Assembly: GCF_009834535.1 (NCBI RefSeq)
Contig: NC_045696.1
Span: 114,206,001 to 114,270,000 of the forward strand
Source: Camelus ferus
Lineage: Eukaryota
Length of the DNA: 64,000 nucleotides
Direction: 5' to 3'
Made by a program: the position numbers and the translations under genes. Under the pieces are notes generated by a model. That model worked only from the letters and a program-made list of their open reading frames with translations. It searched no databases and was not told where the DNA came from. Below are positions 47,701-61,718 of this stretch, piece by piece. Position 1 is the stretch's first letter; every line of letters begins with the position of its first letter.

Positions 47701-48671
47701 TCCCTTACCATCTAACCCTCTCTTCATGTAAAATCTGTTTTCCTCCAGGTTAAAATGCAGTGTCTTTCTCAAGTATCATGTTCCCCTGAACTCTGTGAAA
47801 TAGAAGGGAAGGTTGTGGGAAGAGGGTCAGCTGGCAGGAGACGTGGCGTTCTGAGGATTTTACAGCCATTTAATTAGATGAAATGACAGTCAGTGCCATA
47901 AACTGCTGCTTAGATGATTTGCACTCTCCATAAATTATGGGGCAGATACTTATCCTTTATGGAGAAGGGTTCCTTTTCCCCCTTTTGGCTCAAATTCCCT
48001 CTGATTTTTTCAGAATGCTCCAGTGCTTGGAAATAAATTTTGTGTGGTTTGTTTTATTTTTAAAAACGGGAGGGATGTATGTATGGCCAAAAAGCCAACT
48101 CCAAACGTGAAATCCTCTCTCCACTTCTACACATGAAACTTGCCTTTCCACGAGCTTTTGTGGCTGGTATTCTGAAGAGCATCGTGCTCGCAATTCTTTA
48201 CAGAAGACTCAAGTTTGCATTGATGAGTTGGCTTGAAAAGCACAGCTTGTTTCCTTATTTCAACAGAAGAAAATAGCTCATCTAGTTTGCAACCTGCAGC
48301 CATCTGGAATTGGGTAGCATTGTGGTAAGTGGGGCTTTAGTTCCTGTCTTTTACCGTCCCTGTGGCTTTCCTCTTTGGTTGCCCTGTTGTATTGGAATAT
48401 TCTTAAGTATAAGCCACATTTCTTCTACCCTGTGTCCAGGTTTCTCCAGCCTGTGCTTACAAGTGAAACTGTATTATTAAGAATGAACTGGTTCCTCAGC
48501 TTTTGCACTTCCTGTGCACATAGGATCTTAGGTTCCTTAGGTGAGATGTCCCTCAACAATTAGGTGTCCCCAGAAGGTATCTCATATGTGCTTACAAACC
48601 AGCTGGGCTCAGCTGGACATCACAGCCTCAACAATTATGTGTCCGCTGCCAGGAGGCCCGGCTGTCCTTGA

Positions 48672-48745
48672 GATGGCAAGGCCGATGTGGGGAAGCATGA
48701 GTGATGGTGATGGCAAGGCCGATGTGGGGAAGCATGAGTGATGGT
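48672..48745. repeat. Perfect 37-bp tandem duplication
   Basis: GATGGCAAGGCCGATGTGGGGAAGCATGAGTGATGGT twice. Confidence 0.97.
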
Positions 48746-49285
48746 TTTAAAATATGGCTCCAAATTCCTTGGTCTTCCTTCAGTCAAGTTCAGCTCTGTG
48801 TTCTTTCCTTTAAAATCTGAATAAGTCAATCATTCCTTTGATCAGTAGACTATGGCAGACGCGGTGCTACGTGGCTTCTGAGGTCAGATCACAAAGGGCA
48901 CCACACACTTCCACCTGGTTCTCCTGGAGCATTTACTCTCCAGGTGGCCTCTCTTGGGTTGTTCTCTCTCATAACCCAGCTGCCTCACTGGGAGAAGGCA
49001 CGTGTAGGGGTTCTGGTCAATAGTCCTGTCTAAGTCCAGACTTTGAGTCATGCCAGCCAGACATGTGAGTGGTGAGCCTCTGGATAATTCCAGTGCCCAA
49101 TTGTCTGATCACCTCCATCCCTCCTACTCTTTCCAGCCAAAGCTCCAGACATTATGGAGTGAAGACGAGCCTTTCCCACTGCTGCCCCGTTTGATCTCCA
49201 GACCCTCTGAATCATGAGGTAGAATAGAATGATGATTTTGCCTCAGTGTGGAATGGTTCTGCATCAGCAGATAACTGGGGTAGCA
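48745..49285 (+). mobile_element. MaLR (MLT1) LTR
   Basis: AAAATATGGCTCCAAATTC...GCAGCAGATAACTG-like end (CATCAGCAGATAACTGG). Confidence 0.65.
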
Positions 49286-50212
49286 GCCCTGAAACAGCAG
49301 CAGGGTGGGGCGTGTGAGGAACAGCAAGAAAGCTGGTGTGCGTGTGGGGTGGGGGGTGAGCAGTGAATGGGGTCAGAGAGGAGAGTAGGGCGGGGGGTGG
49401 TGGTGGAGATCATGAGGGGTCTGGCAGGACTGAGACTTCACTGGGAGCGAGAGGGGAAGCCTTTGGAAGGATTGCACCTGACGAATGACAGGCTTTTGCT
49501 TCAGCTGTAAAAGAGTCATTCTGGCTGACTTGTGCAGAACAGACTGTAAACTGGGAGTCCAAGTAGGAAGCCATTGTAATAACTGAGTCTGAGACTTCAG
49601 CTAACTCGGAAATGGTGCACAAGGTGATAGCAGTAGCGTTCAGTAGGACTCAGAGGGGGCTTTGATAGTTCTGCTCGTGGTGCTGATGTGGTATCGATAA
49701 TCACGAACTTCTGCCTTAACACAACTTGCTTTGGGTTAATGGAGGACATCCTGGGAGGGCGAAATCGGGCCACCAACAATATGTAAATGATTGGGTGAGG
49801 CTGGATTTGGCAGGCGGGCCACAGTTTTCTGACCCCTGCCTTGCACTCACTTCCCAAGGTGTCTTCGGAGGGCTACTATTTATGACCCTCTTCCATTGCA
49901 TGAAAGTCATTTTCCTTGGGATAAAAAATTCTTTGCCCTCTCTTCTGATGCTCAATTTTGAAATGGGTTGAAGCAACGGAAATTTAACTTTTCTTATCTA
50001 GAGGCTCTCAGTTGGAAGTAATATCAAGGTCTTAACCCCAGAAAAGGAGAAATAAAACATTTCAAAGATTTCTAGTGAATACAAAGAAGCACTGCTAACA
50101 CTGATTGCCTCTCACCGTATGTCACTCAGGCCACCACAGTTCTGTGAATGATGAACAGTACCACTGGAGGACTGACGTTCGAGTTTTAAATCAATTTCAC
50201 ATTGGTCTTAGA

Positions 50213-50833
50213 ATTTTTTATTTATATATGCATATATATTTATTTATTGAAGTAGAGTTGATTTACAATGTTGTGTTAGTTTCAGGTGTACAGCAAAATG
50301 ATTCAATTATGTGTATATGTACGTATATATTCTTTTCAGATTCTTTTCCATTATAGGTTATTACAAGATACTGAGTATAGTTCCCTGTGCTAGACTGTAG
50401 GTCCTTGTTGTTTATCTATTTCATATACAATAGTGTATATCTGTTAATACCAAACTCCTGATTTATCCTTCCCCACCCCTTTCCCCTTTGGTAAACATAA
50501 GTTTGTTCTCTATGGCTGTGAGTGTTTCTGCTTTGTAAATAAGTTCATTTGTGTCTTTTTTTTTTTTTTTTTTGGATTCCATATATAAGTGATATCATAT
50601 GATATTTGTCTTTCTCTGTTTGACTTCACTTAATATGATAATCTCTGGGTCCATCCATGTTGCTGAAAATGGCATTATTTCATTCTTTTTCATGGCTGAA
50701 TTGCATTCCATATATCACTTCTTCTTTCTCCAGTCATCTGTCAATGGACATTTAGGTTGCTTCCATGACTTGGCTATTGTAAATAGTGCTGCTATGAACA
50801 TTGGGGTGCAGGTGTCTTTTTGAGTTGGAGTTT
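50213..50833 (-). mobile_element. L1 3' end
   Basis: Antisense L1 3'UTR (TTGAAGTAGAGTTGATTTACAATGTTGTGTTAGTTTCAGGTGTACAGC). Confidence 0.92.
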
Positions 50834-53361
50834 TAGAACTGAACCACAGGTATCGAGGTGATTGGGCAGGGGGTACTGCTGGTCCACTTTCTTTAATCTC
50901 AGGTAAGGAAACTGAGGTTCAGTGGTGTCTTCTTATTCTTGCTGTAATAAGCTCTGTGGGACTGAAGTTGTAAGTGGTGCGAAATCACACTGTGGCGGTG
51001 AAGTTTGGACTTTTGTGTGGTGAATCAATGAATTTTTGATAAATGGATAAATTCAGATGTACCTAAACAGTGTAGATAGTATACCCTGGTTGCAGTTCCT
51101 CTGCCTAGTCCCATCATTTTGGGATCTCAGTCCTGCATCTTCTGCTTACTAGCTGTGTCCTTGGATAATTTGTCCAACTTCTTTAAGTCTCAGTTTCTTC
51201 ATCTGTTGAGTGGGGATAATACGACCTACATCAGAGAATTTTAGTAAGCGTTAAATGGGATACCAAGGCAGAGAGACTGGTACTCACCAAACTTTCTAAC
51301 TGCTCTCACACATTTCTCAACCACTAATTCAGTTAGATGGGTCATGTGACTAGTTCTGGACAAAAAAATGTGAACGTACTGTGTGTTACTTCTGAAATGA
51401 GGTGTTGAAACATTGATGAGTAATTTGCTAATCTCTTCCTTCCCCTGCAGGGGCAACTGAGAAGGCAGCATATTACAGGTGACATTGCTCCAAGATGGTA
51501 GAGATGCCAGCCTGGGTCCCTGAGTGACTGTGTGGAGCAGAGCCCTGGCTACTGTGAACTAGATAGGTAGCATATGTGAGATGTAAACTTTTACCATGTC
51601 AAGCCACCAAGGATTTGGATGGCTTGTTATGCAGCTATTGTAAATAACATGGGTCTTACAGGAAGTAGGGTGCTATCATAATAAAAACACACAATATTTA
51701 GTATTCGGTTAATGAATGGCCAAAAGGCAATAAAGATAATGATCTTAGTGTCCAGGAGAATGGCAGCCCCTCTTACGTAGTGGCAAAGTGTTTGACAATA
51801 TTGTCATCTTCTAGATCCAGAGAAGCAGCAGATCATATTCTAATGACATTAGTTCCAAGGGAAAAGACTGGAAAAGGTACTGTTTTCTGAAAATATGCTT
51901 GACAAAGAACTATGGGTGAAGTTGTGGGTCCATGACATTTTGGGGAATTCAACAGAAAGACGTCTACTAAATTTCTGAGAAGATCAAAAAATAAACCACA
52001 ATATGGTAGAGCCTCGATCAGCCCAGATACCTGAGCAGCTGTGTGTATTAGAACCCCCTGCTGATCCCTACTAGATGTGAAAGTTGTGCAAGAAATTAAC
52101 TTACATGTTTTAAGCCATTGAGACTGGGAATTACTTGTCACTGCTGATAATGATGTGCAAAGGGATATCAAAATTCAAAAGGGAGAAGAAACTGTAGTCT
52201 CATGTGGACTGCTGCAAGCATGATCCCAGCATAGTTTAGGGGATCAGTCAGGATGCTTCCGGTGTAAATGATAAGAACTCAATTCAAGCTAGTGCAATGT
52301 TTTTTTCCCCATAAATATAAGGATACAAGGATGGAGAGGACCACAGAGAATCAAAATTGTTCTCTTTCATTCACTTCTCTCTCTTTTCCACTCTGCTACA
52401 GATGTCTTCCTCTATGCAGCTCAGTTCAGAGGCAGACGGAACTAACTACAGGCATTCCTGGTCCTGGGGATCCCAGAGGACAGACAGCATTTTTCTCTCA
52501 CAATGTCTTATATTAAATCTACAGAAAAGACTATGGTGTTTCTAGTCAAGTAATCTGCAGTTCTTTGTGTCTTAATTTCATATTTTCAATAAGTTTAAAT
52601 TATCATGCTTTTCAGAGACAACATGTTCATGTTAACTCCTGAGTATTTCTGTGTTCCTTGGTTTTATTTAATTTTTGTTGCAAATGTTTTTGCATTTTAT
52701 GAATTCGTTATGTAAACCAACTCCACACAAAATTGATTCCCAGTTTTTAGGGAACTATTACTCTTTTGACAGAAACAGCAAAATGACTGAAATGTTCCAC
52801 ATTTCATACATCATAAAGCAACAATGCATCATGAAATAATAATCCACATTCCCAATGTTACAGTTACTTTTTTGCAAGAAACTGCAGACACTCATAAATT
52901 TCTTTAGGTTATTCCCACCCTCCTGAGCTGTGATCAGGAACAGAATTCCATAGCAGTTTTCTGCCTCATTGCTATTTCAGAGCAGGTCTTTGTGATTAAG
53001 TACAATTTTTCTACGAGAATCACACCCGGGGGGTCCAATGGGCTGTGTCAGCCATGTGTAAGGAGTGTGACATTAGTGGAAGTTTAACATGACTTCCCGC
53101 CTTGAATGGTCACTGACTGTCACTCATGCTTTGAGGACATTTTTAGGCTTCAGACAAGATCCATACGATATTCCTACCTGTGCAAGGGCAGGTGATATTA
53201 CCATGATTACCTGTTAGCTAACAGCCTGACAGAGTTCATGGCATTTTTCATTATGCACCCAAGTGCCTCTACTTGGAAATTCTAGACACACTGGAAATAC
53301 ATTAGGAATAATAAGTAGAGCTAAGAAAAGAGATATAGAGAATTAAAGTGGTAAAGGTTTA

Positions 53362-53740
53362 TTCAAATTTTCTTTTACATTGAAGTTTATTTGATTTATA
53401 ATGTTGTATTAGTTTCTGGCGTACAGCAAAGTGATTCAGTTATACATGTATATGTTCTTTTTCATTGTAGCTTATTACAAGATATTGAATAGAATTCCCT
53501 GTGCTATACAATAGGTCCTTGTTGTTTATCTATTTTATATATAGTAGTTTGTATCTGCTAATCCCCAAATCCTAATTTATTCCCCCCACCCCATCCTGCT
53601 CGGTAACCATAAGTTTATTTTCTATGTATTTTGTCTTTCTCCATCTGACTTACTTTACTCAGTATGATTATCTCTACATCCATCCTAGTTGCTACAAATG
53701 GCATTATTTCATTCTTTTTTATGGCTGAGTGGTATTCCAT

Positions 53741-53793
<53 letters not shown>

Positions 53794-54117
53794 CACACTT
53801 CTTTATCCAGTCATCTGTCAATGAACAGTTAGGTTGCTTCCATGTCTTGGCTATTGTAGTGTTGCTATGAACCTTGGGGTGCAAGGATCTTTAAATGAGA
53901 GTTTCCTCCAGATATATGCCCAGAAGTGGGATTGCTGCATCATATGGTAAGTCTGTTTTTAGTTTTTTAAGGAACCTCCATAGTGTTCTCCATAGTGGCT
54001 GCAACAATTTACATTCCCATCAGCAGTGTAGGAGGGTTCCCTTTTCTCCACACTCTCTCCAGGATTTGTTGTTTGTGGACTTTTAATGATGGCCGTTCTG
54101 ACCTGTGCGAGGTGAAA
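53362..54117 (-). mobile_element. 5'-truncated L1 with 18-bp TSD
   Basis: TSD TAAAGTGGTAA(A/C)GGTTTA at 53344-53361 and 54118-54135; internal (TA)n. Confidence 0.93.
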
Positions 54118-54705
54118 TAAAGTGGTAACGGTTTAACTCCATTCTCGGGGTTGAAGCATCCCAGCTCTCCGGGGCCGAGCCGGTTGCCCTCCTCCCTCTG
54201 GCTTGCATCTGCAAGTGGTGTCTCATGCCATGAAAGCTTTCTACACATCAAAATGGATTGAAAATGAGACTTTTGGAAACAAATGTGCCTCTGAGAACAA
54301 TTTTCCAAAGCTGTAATTCTTAGTAAGTAAGGGATACAACAGTTCAAAAGTCCCTAATGCTCAATTGGTTGGGACTCTCTCTAATTCAAGTTGTCAGTCA
54401 TCAGCTGTGTGTGGTGGTGAATGGAGAGGATGGTTACTTTGAATCCACATCTTCCACAGCAGATAAATATGCCTCACTTCATTTTTTTTAGTCTGAGGGT
54501 GAACTGTTAAGATTTTTTCCTTTTGTTGTGTTGTTTCAGATTTGTTAAAGACATTCCTTATTTGATGAAATCATTTTTGAGGGGAGGCAAATACTTTATT
54601 TCATACTCTAATTTGTACCAGATGTTGGCAAAAATGTTTTAGCAAACAGTAGGGTTCAGTGGGAATGTAACCATATGATACCATGTACTATGCAGTGTGT
54701 GTGTG

Positions 54706-54738
<33 letters not shown>

Positions 54739-54775
54739 GCACTAATTTGTAATAGTGAATTGTAAACTTATTTTT

Positions 54776-54998
54776 TTTAAATTGAAGTGCAATTGATTTA
54801 TAATGTTGTGTTAGTTTTGGATGTACAGCAAAGTGATTTAGGTATATATATATATGTTTCTTTTTCTAATATGTATATATTCTTTTTTTCAGATTCTTTT
54901 CTGTTACAGGTGATTACAATTTATTTCATATAGTTCCCTGTGCTTCTACAGTAGGTCTTTTTGTTTATCTGTTTTACATATAGTAGTGTATATCTGGA
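54776..54998 (-). mobile_element. Short L1 3' tail with TSD
   Basis: TSD TAAACTTATTTTT at 54763-54775 and 54999-55011. Confidence 0.88.
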
Positions 54999-56065
54999 TA
55001 AACTTATTTTTCCAAATGCACTGATTAGATATCAAACCTACATTTGAGGCTTTGTGCATTTTATTAACCAAGGTAGGTTTGGAAAAAAAAAAAAAAAGAT
55101 TGCTGGTCGCCGGTCACTGTGTGAGACTGACACCACCAAGGAGCTCACAGTCATCGGCCACCAGGAGGAGCCCAAGCTTCAAACTGGAAATTAACACACG
55201 CTATTAAGTGTGGCTTGCGCTGCTTCTGGTAATGCGTTAAGACGGTATTTACTCTTAAATGGAGGTGAGGTGATTTGTTGGCCCTTTGCCCAAATTAGTA
55301 TCACTCTGGGGGTGTTTCTGTTGATATGCTGGTTTGTGTCAGGATATTTAAATAACTATGATCACATAGGCATAATCTATTCTTCACCGAGCAACAAGAT
55401 GGCTCTTTAAAAAATGCAGACGAGATCTTGCCACTCGAATTAAAGCTTTCCTGTGGCTTCTTTTCACTTTGAGAATTAACTCCATGATCTTGACCTTGGC
55501 TAGGCCCTGTTTTGTTTGGTTCCCACGCCCCTTTCTGATTCCATCTCATGCTTCTCTCCCCTGGGCCTGCTGCTGGAGCCGCATGTGTCTTCTGACAGGT
55601 TCTCGAATGGCTCATTTTCTGCCTTAGGGACTTCTGATTTCCTCTGTTATTTCCGGTCTTGGCACGCCTGCCTTCTCCTCATCGTTTGGAACTCAGCTTC
55701 AGAGTCACCTTCTAGAGCCTTGTTTCCTGACACTTACTAAGAGTAGGCTGCCCTGCCCCCCACCCCCATTTCCCAGCCCCATTCTCTGTTCATTCCTCCT
55801 TAGCATTTATCCCAAGCTGTGATTCACAAGCTGGTCATTTACGAGCCCTCATCTATTACCTGGCTTCTAGTTGTGAGTGTATATTAGAGCAGGAATGGTG
55901 TCTCTTTTATCCACGAAGACTGTCACAATTCCTGGCACAAAGTAAGTGTGCAACAAATGTTTGTTGAATGAATGAGGTTTTATAATTGGAACTTAGAGAA
56001 CGTGGCTGGGCCAGTGTGGCCCTGAAATAACATCTATGGAGACAGTTTAAAAAAAATTAGTCTCC

Positions 56066-56305
56066 TGGGGGGTGGAGGGATAAATTGGGAGTTTAGGATT
56101 TGCAGATACACACTACTGTATATAAAATAGATAAACAACAAGGTCCTACTGTAGAGCACAGGGAATTATATCCAATACCTTGTAACAGCCTATAATGAAA
56201 AAGAATATGAAAAAGAATATATATATATATATAAAACTGAATCACTATGCTGTACACCAGAAATTAACACAACATTGTAAACAGATTATACTTCATTAAA
56301 AAATA
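56066..56305 (+). mobile_element. L1 3' tail
   Basis: GGAGGGATAAATTGGGAGTTT...GATTATACTTCATTAAAAAA. Confidence 0.9.
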
Positions 56306-56765
56306 TATAAATATTGTCTTGTACCTCAAATGCCCTTCATTCATGGTTTCAAGGGCCACTTGCTGATTCCCCGGCTACACGCATGCTGTTCGCTACTGCC
56401 CCCAAGAAGAGGCAGCCAATATCACACAATGAAATCTGAAGGGACCCCCCAGGACAGTTCACTAAGAGCATTGCTGGACAAACAAAACTAAAATTAAGCA
56501 GAATATACTATTGGTACTATTTGACCTGTGAGGACGTGAGCTTGTTTCTGAGAAAACGGTGTCTCGGGCCCCATCAGTGGTACTCACCTCTGGCAGCGTC
56601 ACCAGCACATGAGAGGTGCTGATAGAAATGGCTCTCAGTGACCCCATCTGGCAGATGCGGAGGACATCTGGCTTGTTTGGAGCTGTTGTCCTTCTGCACA
56701 CAGGCCTGCGAGAAGGCCCTGGTGCCTTCTCTTTCCTGGAGCCTACCTTAGAGTCAGGGCAAGCG

Positions 56766-57221
56766 GCCCCTTTTGCAGCAACATGGATGGACCTGGACAT
56801 TGTCATTCTAAGTGAAGTGAGCCAGAAAGAGAAAGAAAAATACCCTATGATATCACTTAAATGCTAATCTAAAAAAAAAAAAGAAAGAAAGAAAGGCAAA
56901 CGAATTTATTTACAAAACAGAAACAGATTCACAGACATAGAAAACAAACTTATGGTTACCAGAGGGAGAAGAGGGTGGGAAGGGATAAACTGGGAGATCA
57001 AGATATGTGTATTAAATAGATAAACAACAAGTTCATTCTGTAGAGCACAGGGAACTATATTCAATATCTTATAGTAACTTATGGTGAAAAGAATATGAAA
57101 ACGAATATATGTACGTATATGTACGACTGAAACATGATGCTGTACACCAGAAATCGACACAATGTTCTAAACTGACTACACTTCAGTAAAAATATACGTA
57201 CAAAAAAAAAAAAAGAAAAAA
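56766..57221 (+). mobile_element. L1 3' end
   Basis: Encodes the ORF2 tail [25 protein letters not shown], then 3'UTR and polyA. Confidence 0.92.
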
Positions 57222-58074
57222 AGGACAGCTCTCATGTTCATGTGAGTTCTCCCAGAAAATTCCTGGCTCTGCTAAAACCACATCCTAAAACTCATTAAGC
57301 TTGAGTTTGTGCCAAGAGTTCTATTTCACTAGATATAATACATTTCACCTTATGTTTGGGTTTTATAAAGTAGTTTCTGATTCCTCCAGTAATGATCAGC
57401 AATTACTCAACCTTATTCATTTTCTCCATCTTCCCAAGAAACCTTTTCTAAGCATTACATTTGTTTACCAAGAAAATAAACACTTACTTTATGGAAATGT
57501 ACTCATGGAAGATTCCCCAAAGAAGTATATTTGATCCTTTCACAGGAAGAGAGTTGACACATTATTTGTTGGAATGACTTCGAAAAACCATGCTTACATA
57601 TTTTAAAATAACAGCAAAAAAAGTGAATGCTTGCATATATTTTGTTGATTACTCTCAGGGATCACTTTGTCAGGATATGGCATTTAAAAAATGCTCTTGT
57701 ATTTCTTAGAGAGTTGGGAAGAATAAGTATAATTGAAATAACTTCCTGATTTCTTCTCACAGGTCACAGCTAATGGGGAGCAGAGCCCCCAAGCCTGCCA
57801 TGACTTATTTGCAAGATACACACTACTATATATAAAATAGATAAACAGCAAGGAGGAGAGAGGAGAAAGGAGTCTTTGATTTAGGTGTTTTAATCTGTAA
57901 TGTTGTGGTACACAGGCTTAGGTAGTTGATAAAGGTACATGTTAAGATGTATATTGTTTCTGGGTGACGTGTGAAGGTGACATAATTGTGATGTTGAATA
58001 TTTGTCACTAATGGGTGTTGGTGTCCCTTTTAGTTCCAAGAACATATGGTACCATGTTTCAAGGTATCGGTGGT

Positions 58075-60285
58075 TTGACTGACAGATCGTAGAAATGGCC
58101 TTAATTCTCCACGCATCCCTAAACATGCACCCTTGGCAGTGGGACTTTGCAACAGCTGCCATCAGGAGGTGGCGTCTATTTCCCCCTGTTTGAATCTGGG
58201 CTCACCTTATGACTTACTTTGGGCAGTAGAAGGTAGCTAAGATGACATGTCGTTTCTCCATCTAGATCTCAAGAGGACTTGTGTACTTCTGCTCACACAG
58301 TCCCTTTTCCTTCCACATGAACAAGCCTGGGCTGGCCTGCTGGCAAGCGACAGATTGTAGCAGAGCTGAGTCATCCCAGCTGAGGGCATCCTAGCTCAGC
58401 CAGCTCCTAGTTAACCTACCAACTGATTGCAGCCAATGAACAAGTCTAGCTAAGATCAGCCGAACCTGGGCCAGACCAAAGAACTCCCTGCTCAATCTGT
58501 AGAATCGTGAGCAATTATAAATCATTGCTGCTTAAAGCCACTGAAGTTTTTTCAAATTTTGATAAATTGGACATATTACATTTTGTAAATTAAGTCGTAC
58601 AGCATGTTATTTTGATAGCTTATATATTGTCATATGATTGCCATTGAAACAATATTTACCCCATTACATCATTATAGTACAATATTATTGTCTATATTCA
58701 TTACACCGTGCATTAGAAACAAGTTTATACTGTATAGCACAGGGAACTATATTCAGTGTCTGGTAGTAACCTATAATGAAAAAGAATATGGAAAGGAATA
58801 CATGTATATGTATGACTGAAACATTATGCCATACACCAGAAATCGACACATTGTAAAACTGACTATACTTCAATTTTAAAAAATGGAAAAAACAAAGCTC
58901 TCTATGGCTTATTTGCTACTTGTTAGAGTTTGTATCCTGAAATGCCATTCCTCTTATCCCCCAATCCCCTATTCCCTGGTAACCACCATTTTACTCTGTT
59001 TTTTTTTTTTTTCAGGTTTGACATTTTTTGTTTCACATATAAGTGATATTATAATTGTATTTGTGTTTCTCTCTCTGATTTACATCCTACTTAGGGTAAC
59101 ATGCTTAATTTCTATTCATGTTGTTGCAAAGGGCAGGATATCCTCCTTTCCCAATGGTGAATAATAATCCATTGTGTATATTTTTTATCCATTCATCCAT
59201 TGATGGGGATTAGGGTTGTTTCCATATCTTGGCTATTGTGACTGATGCTGTGATAAACATGGGTGTGTATATATCTCGTCAAAATCCTGTTTTCATTTCC
59301 TTTGGGTTTATACCCAGAAGTGGAATTGCTAAATCGTATGGTAGGTCTATTTTTAATTTTTTGAGAAACCTCCATGTTGTTTTCCATAGTGGTTGGACTA
59401 ATTTTTATTTCCATTGATGGTGTATAAGTGTTTGCTTTCCACCATGCCCTGGCCAGCGCCTGTTGTTTCTTGTCTTCTTCACAATGAAATGATACCTCAT
59501 TGTGGTTTTGATTCGTGTCTCCTTGATGATTAGTGATGTGGAGCATATTTTCATGTGCCTGTTGGCCATTTTTATATCCTTTTTGAAGAAATGTCAATTT
59601 AGTTCTTCTGCCCATTTTAAAATAAGTTTTTCATTAAGCTGTATTAGTTCTTTATATATTTTTGGTATTAACTCTTTGTCTGATATATGGATTGCAAAAT
59701 TTTTGTCCCATTCTGTAGGCTGCTGTTTCATTTTGTTGTTTTTCTTAATGTGCAGAAGCTTTTGAGTTTGATGTGATCTCATTTGTTGATGTTTGTTTTT
59801 GTTGTTTGTGCTTTGGGCTTCACGACCTTAAAATCATTGCCAAGACCAATACCAATGAGCTTCTTCCTTATGCTTTCTTCTGGGAGTAGTAGGTCTTATG
59901 ATCCATTTTGGTGTAGTTTTTGTGAGTGGTGTGAGACTGGAGTCCAATATCATTGCTTTGCATGTGCTTCTCCAGTTTTTCTGGTAATTTGTTGAAGAGA
60001 CTATCCTTCCTCTATTGGGTCTTGTTGGTTCCCTTGTCAAACATTAGTGGATGTATGTGCTGGGATTTAATTCTGGGCATTCTGGTCTGTTCCATTGGTC
60101 TATGTGTCTAATTTTTTTGTGTGTGCCAGTACCGTACTACTTTTATTACTATGGCTTTGTAGTGTAATTTAAAATCAAGAAGTGTGATATCTCCAGCCTT
60201 GGTCTTTTTTCCTCAAGATTGTAAAGCCACTTAGTTTCAAGTTGGTTTGTTATGCAGCATTACTGTGACAATCACTAATTTGTAT
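58075..60285. mobile_element. MLT1 LTR split by an antisense L1 (~58550-60221) that contains a younger sense L1 tail (~58718-58885)
   Basis: TSD TAAAGCCACT at 58533-58542 and 60222-60231; the LTR end GTTGGTTTGTTATGCAGCA resumes after the L1. Confidence 0.85.
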
Positions 60286-61296
60286 GCTATTGGACACGTG
60301 TTTCTGGGTGACGGTAACGATGCAGTTTCAGATATTGTCAGTTTTGTGGCTCTGGGTTGTATTAACTATGGTTTTAGATAATAGTGGCCTGTGGTTCTAG
60401 GTACTGAGGGCTCAGTGATGGTGGATCTTAGAGGTATTTATAGCAATGTAGCTAATATTTATGGCTTTTGATAATGATGTGGTTGTGCTTTTGATGGTTA
60501 TGGAGTTTATGCTAAAAGGTGGTTACTGTGTAGACAGCACTTCACATGATGACCCACATGACATGCTAGGGAACTCAGATTTTCTGCCAGGTTGCCACAG
60601 TTTGATAACTAAATGACAGCTCTCAATGCCACTAAGTGTCCAAGGAAGCTAAATATACATTGTTCTTGGTTTCTTGCTAGACCGGGTAAGTTGACACATT
60701 GGTGGGTCTCTTCTCACTGTTTATATGTGTTTATATGTATACACGTGGGCACACACATGCCCTCCCCCTCCACACACTACAGGAAGGCTATAAGGGATTC
60801 CTGGCTATTGCCCTGTCTGTGTACAGGTCAGACTTGGCCATGCCAGTCTGGGTCCAATTGGCAGAGATACCAGAAGTGGAGACCTTCTTACATCTCTTCT
60901 CATGATTTTTCAGAAAAAACAAACAAACAAACAAACGAAAAAAACACCTTCTCTAGGCCCAAGTTCAGCCTGTATAAGAAGCGCTGATAAATGTATAAAA
61001 ATATCGGATTTTTTTTTTTTTTTTTTTACTTTGGCCAAGCGAATCCAGCGGTCAGAGACAGAGCTCTGACTGTTCTTCGGCAGGGGAGCAGCGCACGCGT
61101 GGTGCCCTCGCCTGGAGGACTCTGGTCCTGTCACTGAAATGATCCTCTTCTTCTAGGAGGGAAGTGGCTGTGCTTACCTTTGTTTTCCTTGATCTTCTTT
61201 GCCAATGTATCCGTTTAAATTATGGGGTACCATAGTTCTCTTAAAGAATCACTCTACGTTTTCCGAGGGTATTTCCCACCTCTGTTAACTTTGTGG

Positions 61297-61718
61297 ATAG
61301 ATTATTAACAAAACTCTTCCCTTTTTTTGAATGAGAATTTGATCTTTGGTTAACTCTCTAGCTCAGTTCCCCTGGTAACTTGACAATGACAGAGGGCAAA
61401 CTATGTTCCTAGGCGGGATTGCTTGTGCTAAAAATGACCTTTGACTGGCACCTTGCAGCTGACCTGGAAGGGCTATAAAGGAGCTATAAATACTTGACAG
61501 GGAAGCTGTGCTGGGCTTCCCTGAGAGCTGTGACTCTTAGATCTGGGCTTGCGTCTTGCAGAGACCTTGGAAGCTCTGATCCTATCGGTTAGCAGATATA
61601 AGACAGGGTGGGTCCTGTACCTGCCTGACATGGGTCTCATCTCCTGGCTGCTGAGCTCTTAGAATGCTCCAAGGGTTATCATAGAACTAGGACATCTAAA
61701 GTCATCCTTTTGGTAAGC
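61297..61718 (+). promoter_or_regulatory. Candidate TATA promoter and first exon
   Basis: HNF1-like site 61297-61309, DR1 TGACCTTTGACTG 61435-61447, TATAAA 61474, TATAAATA 61485, donor G|GTAAGC at 61712/61713. Confidence 0.35.
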
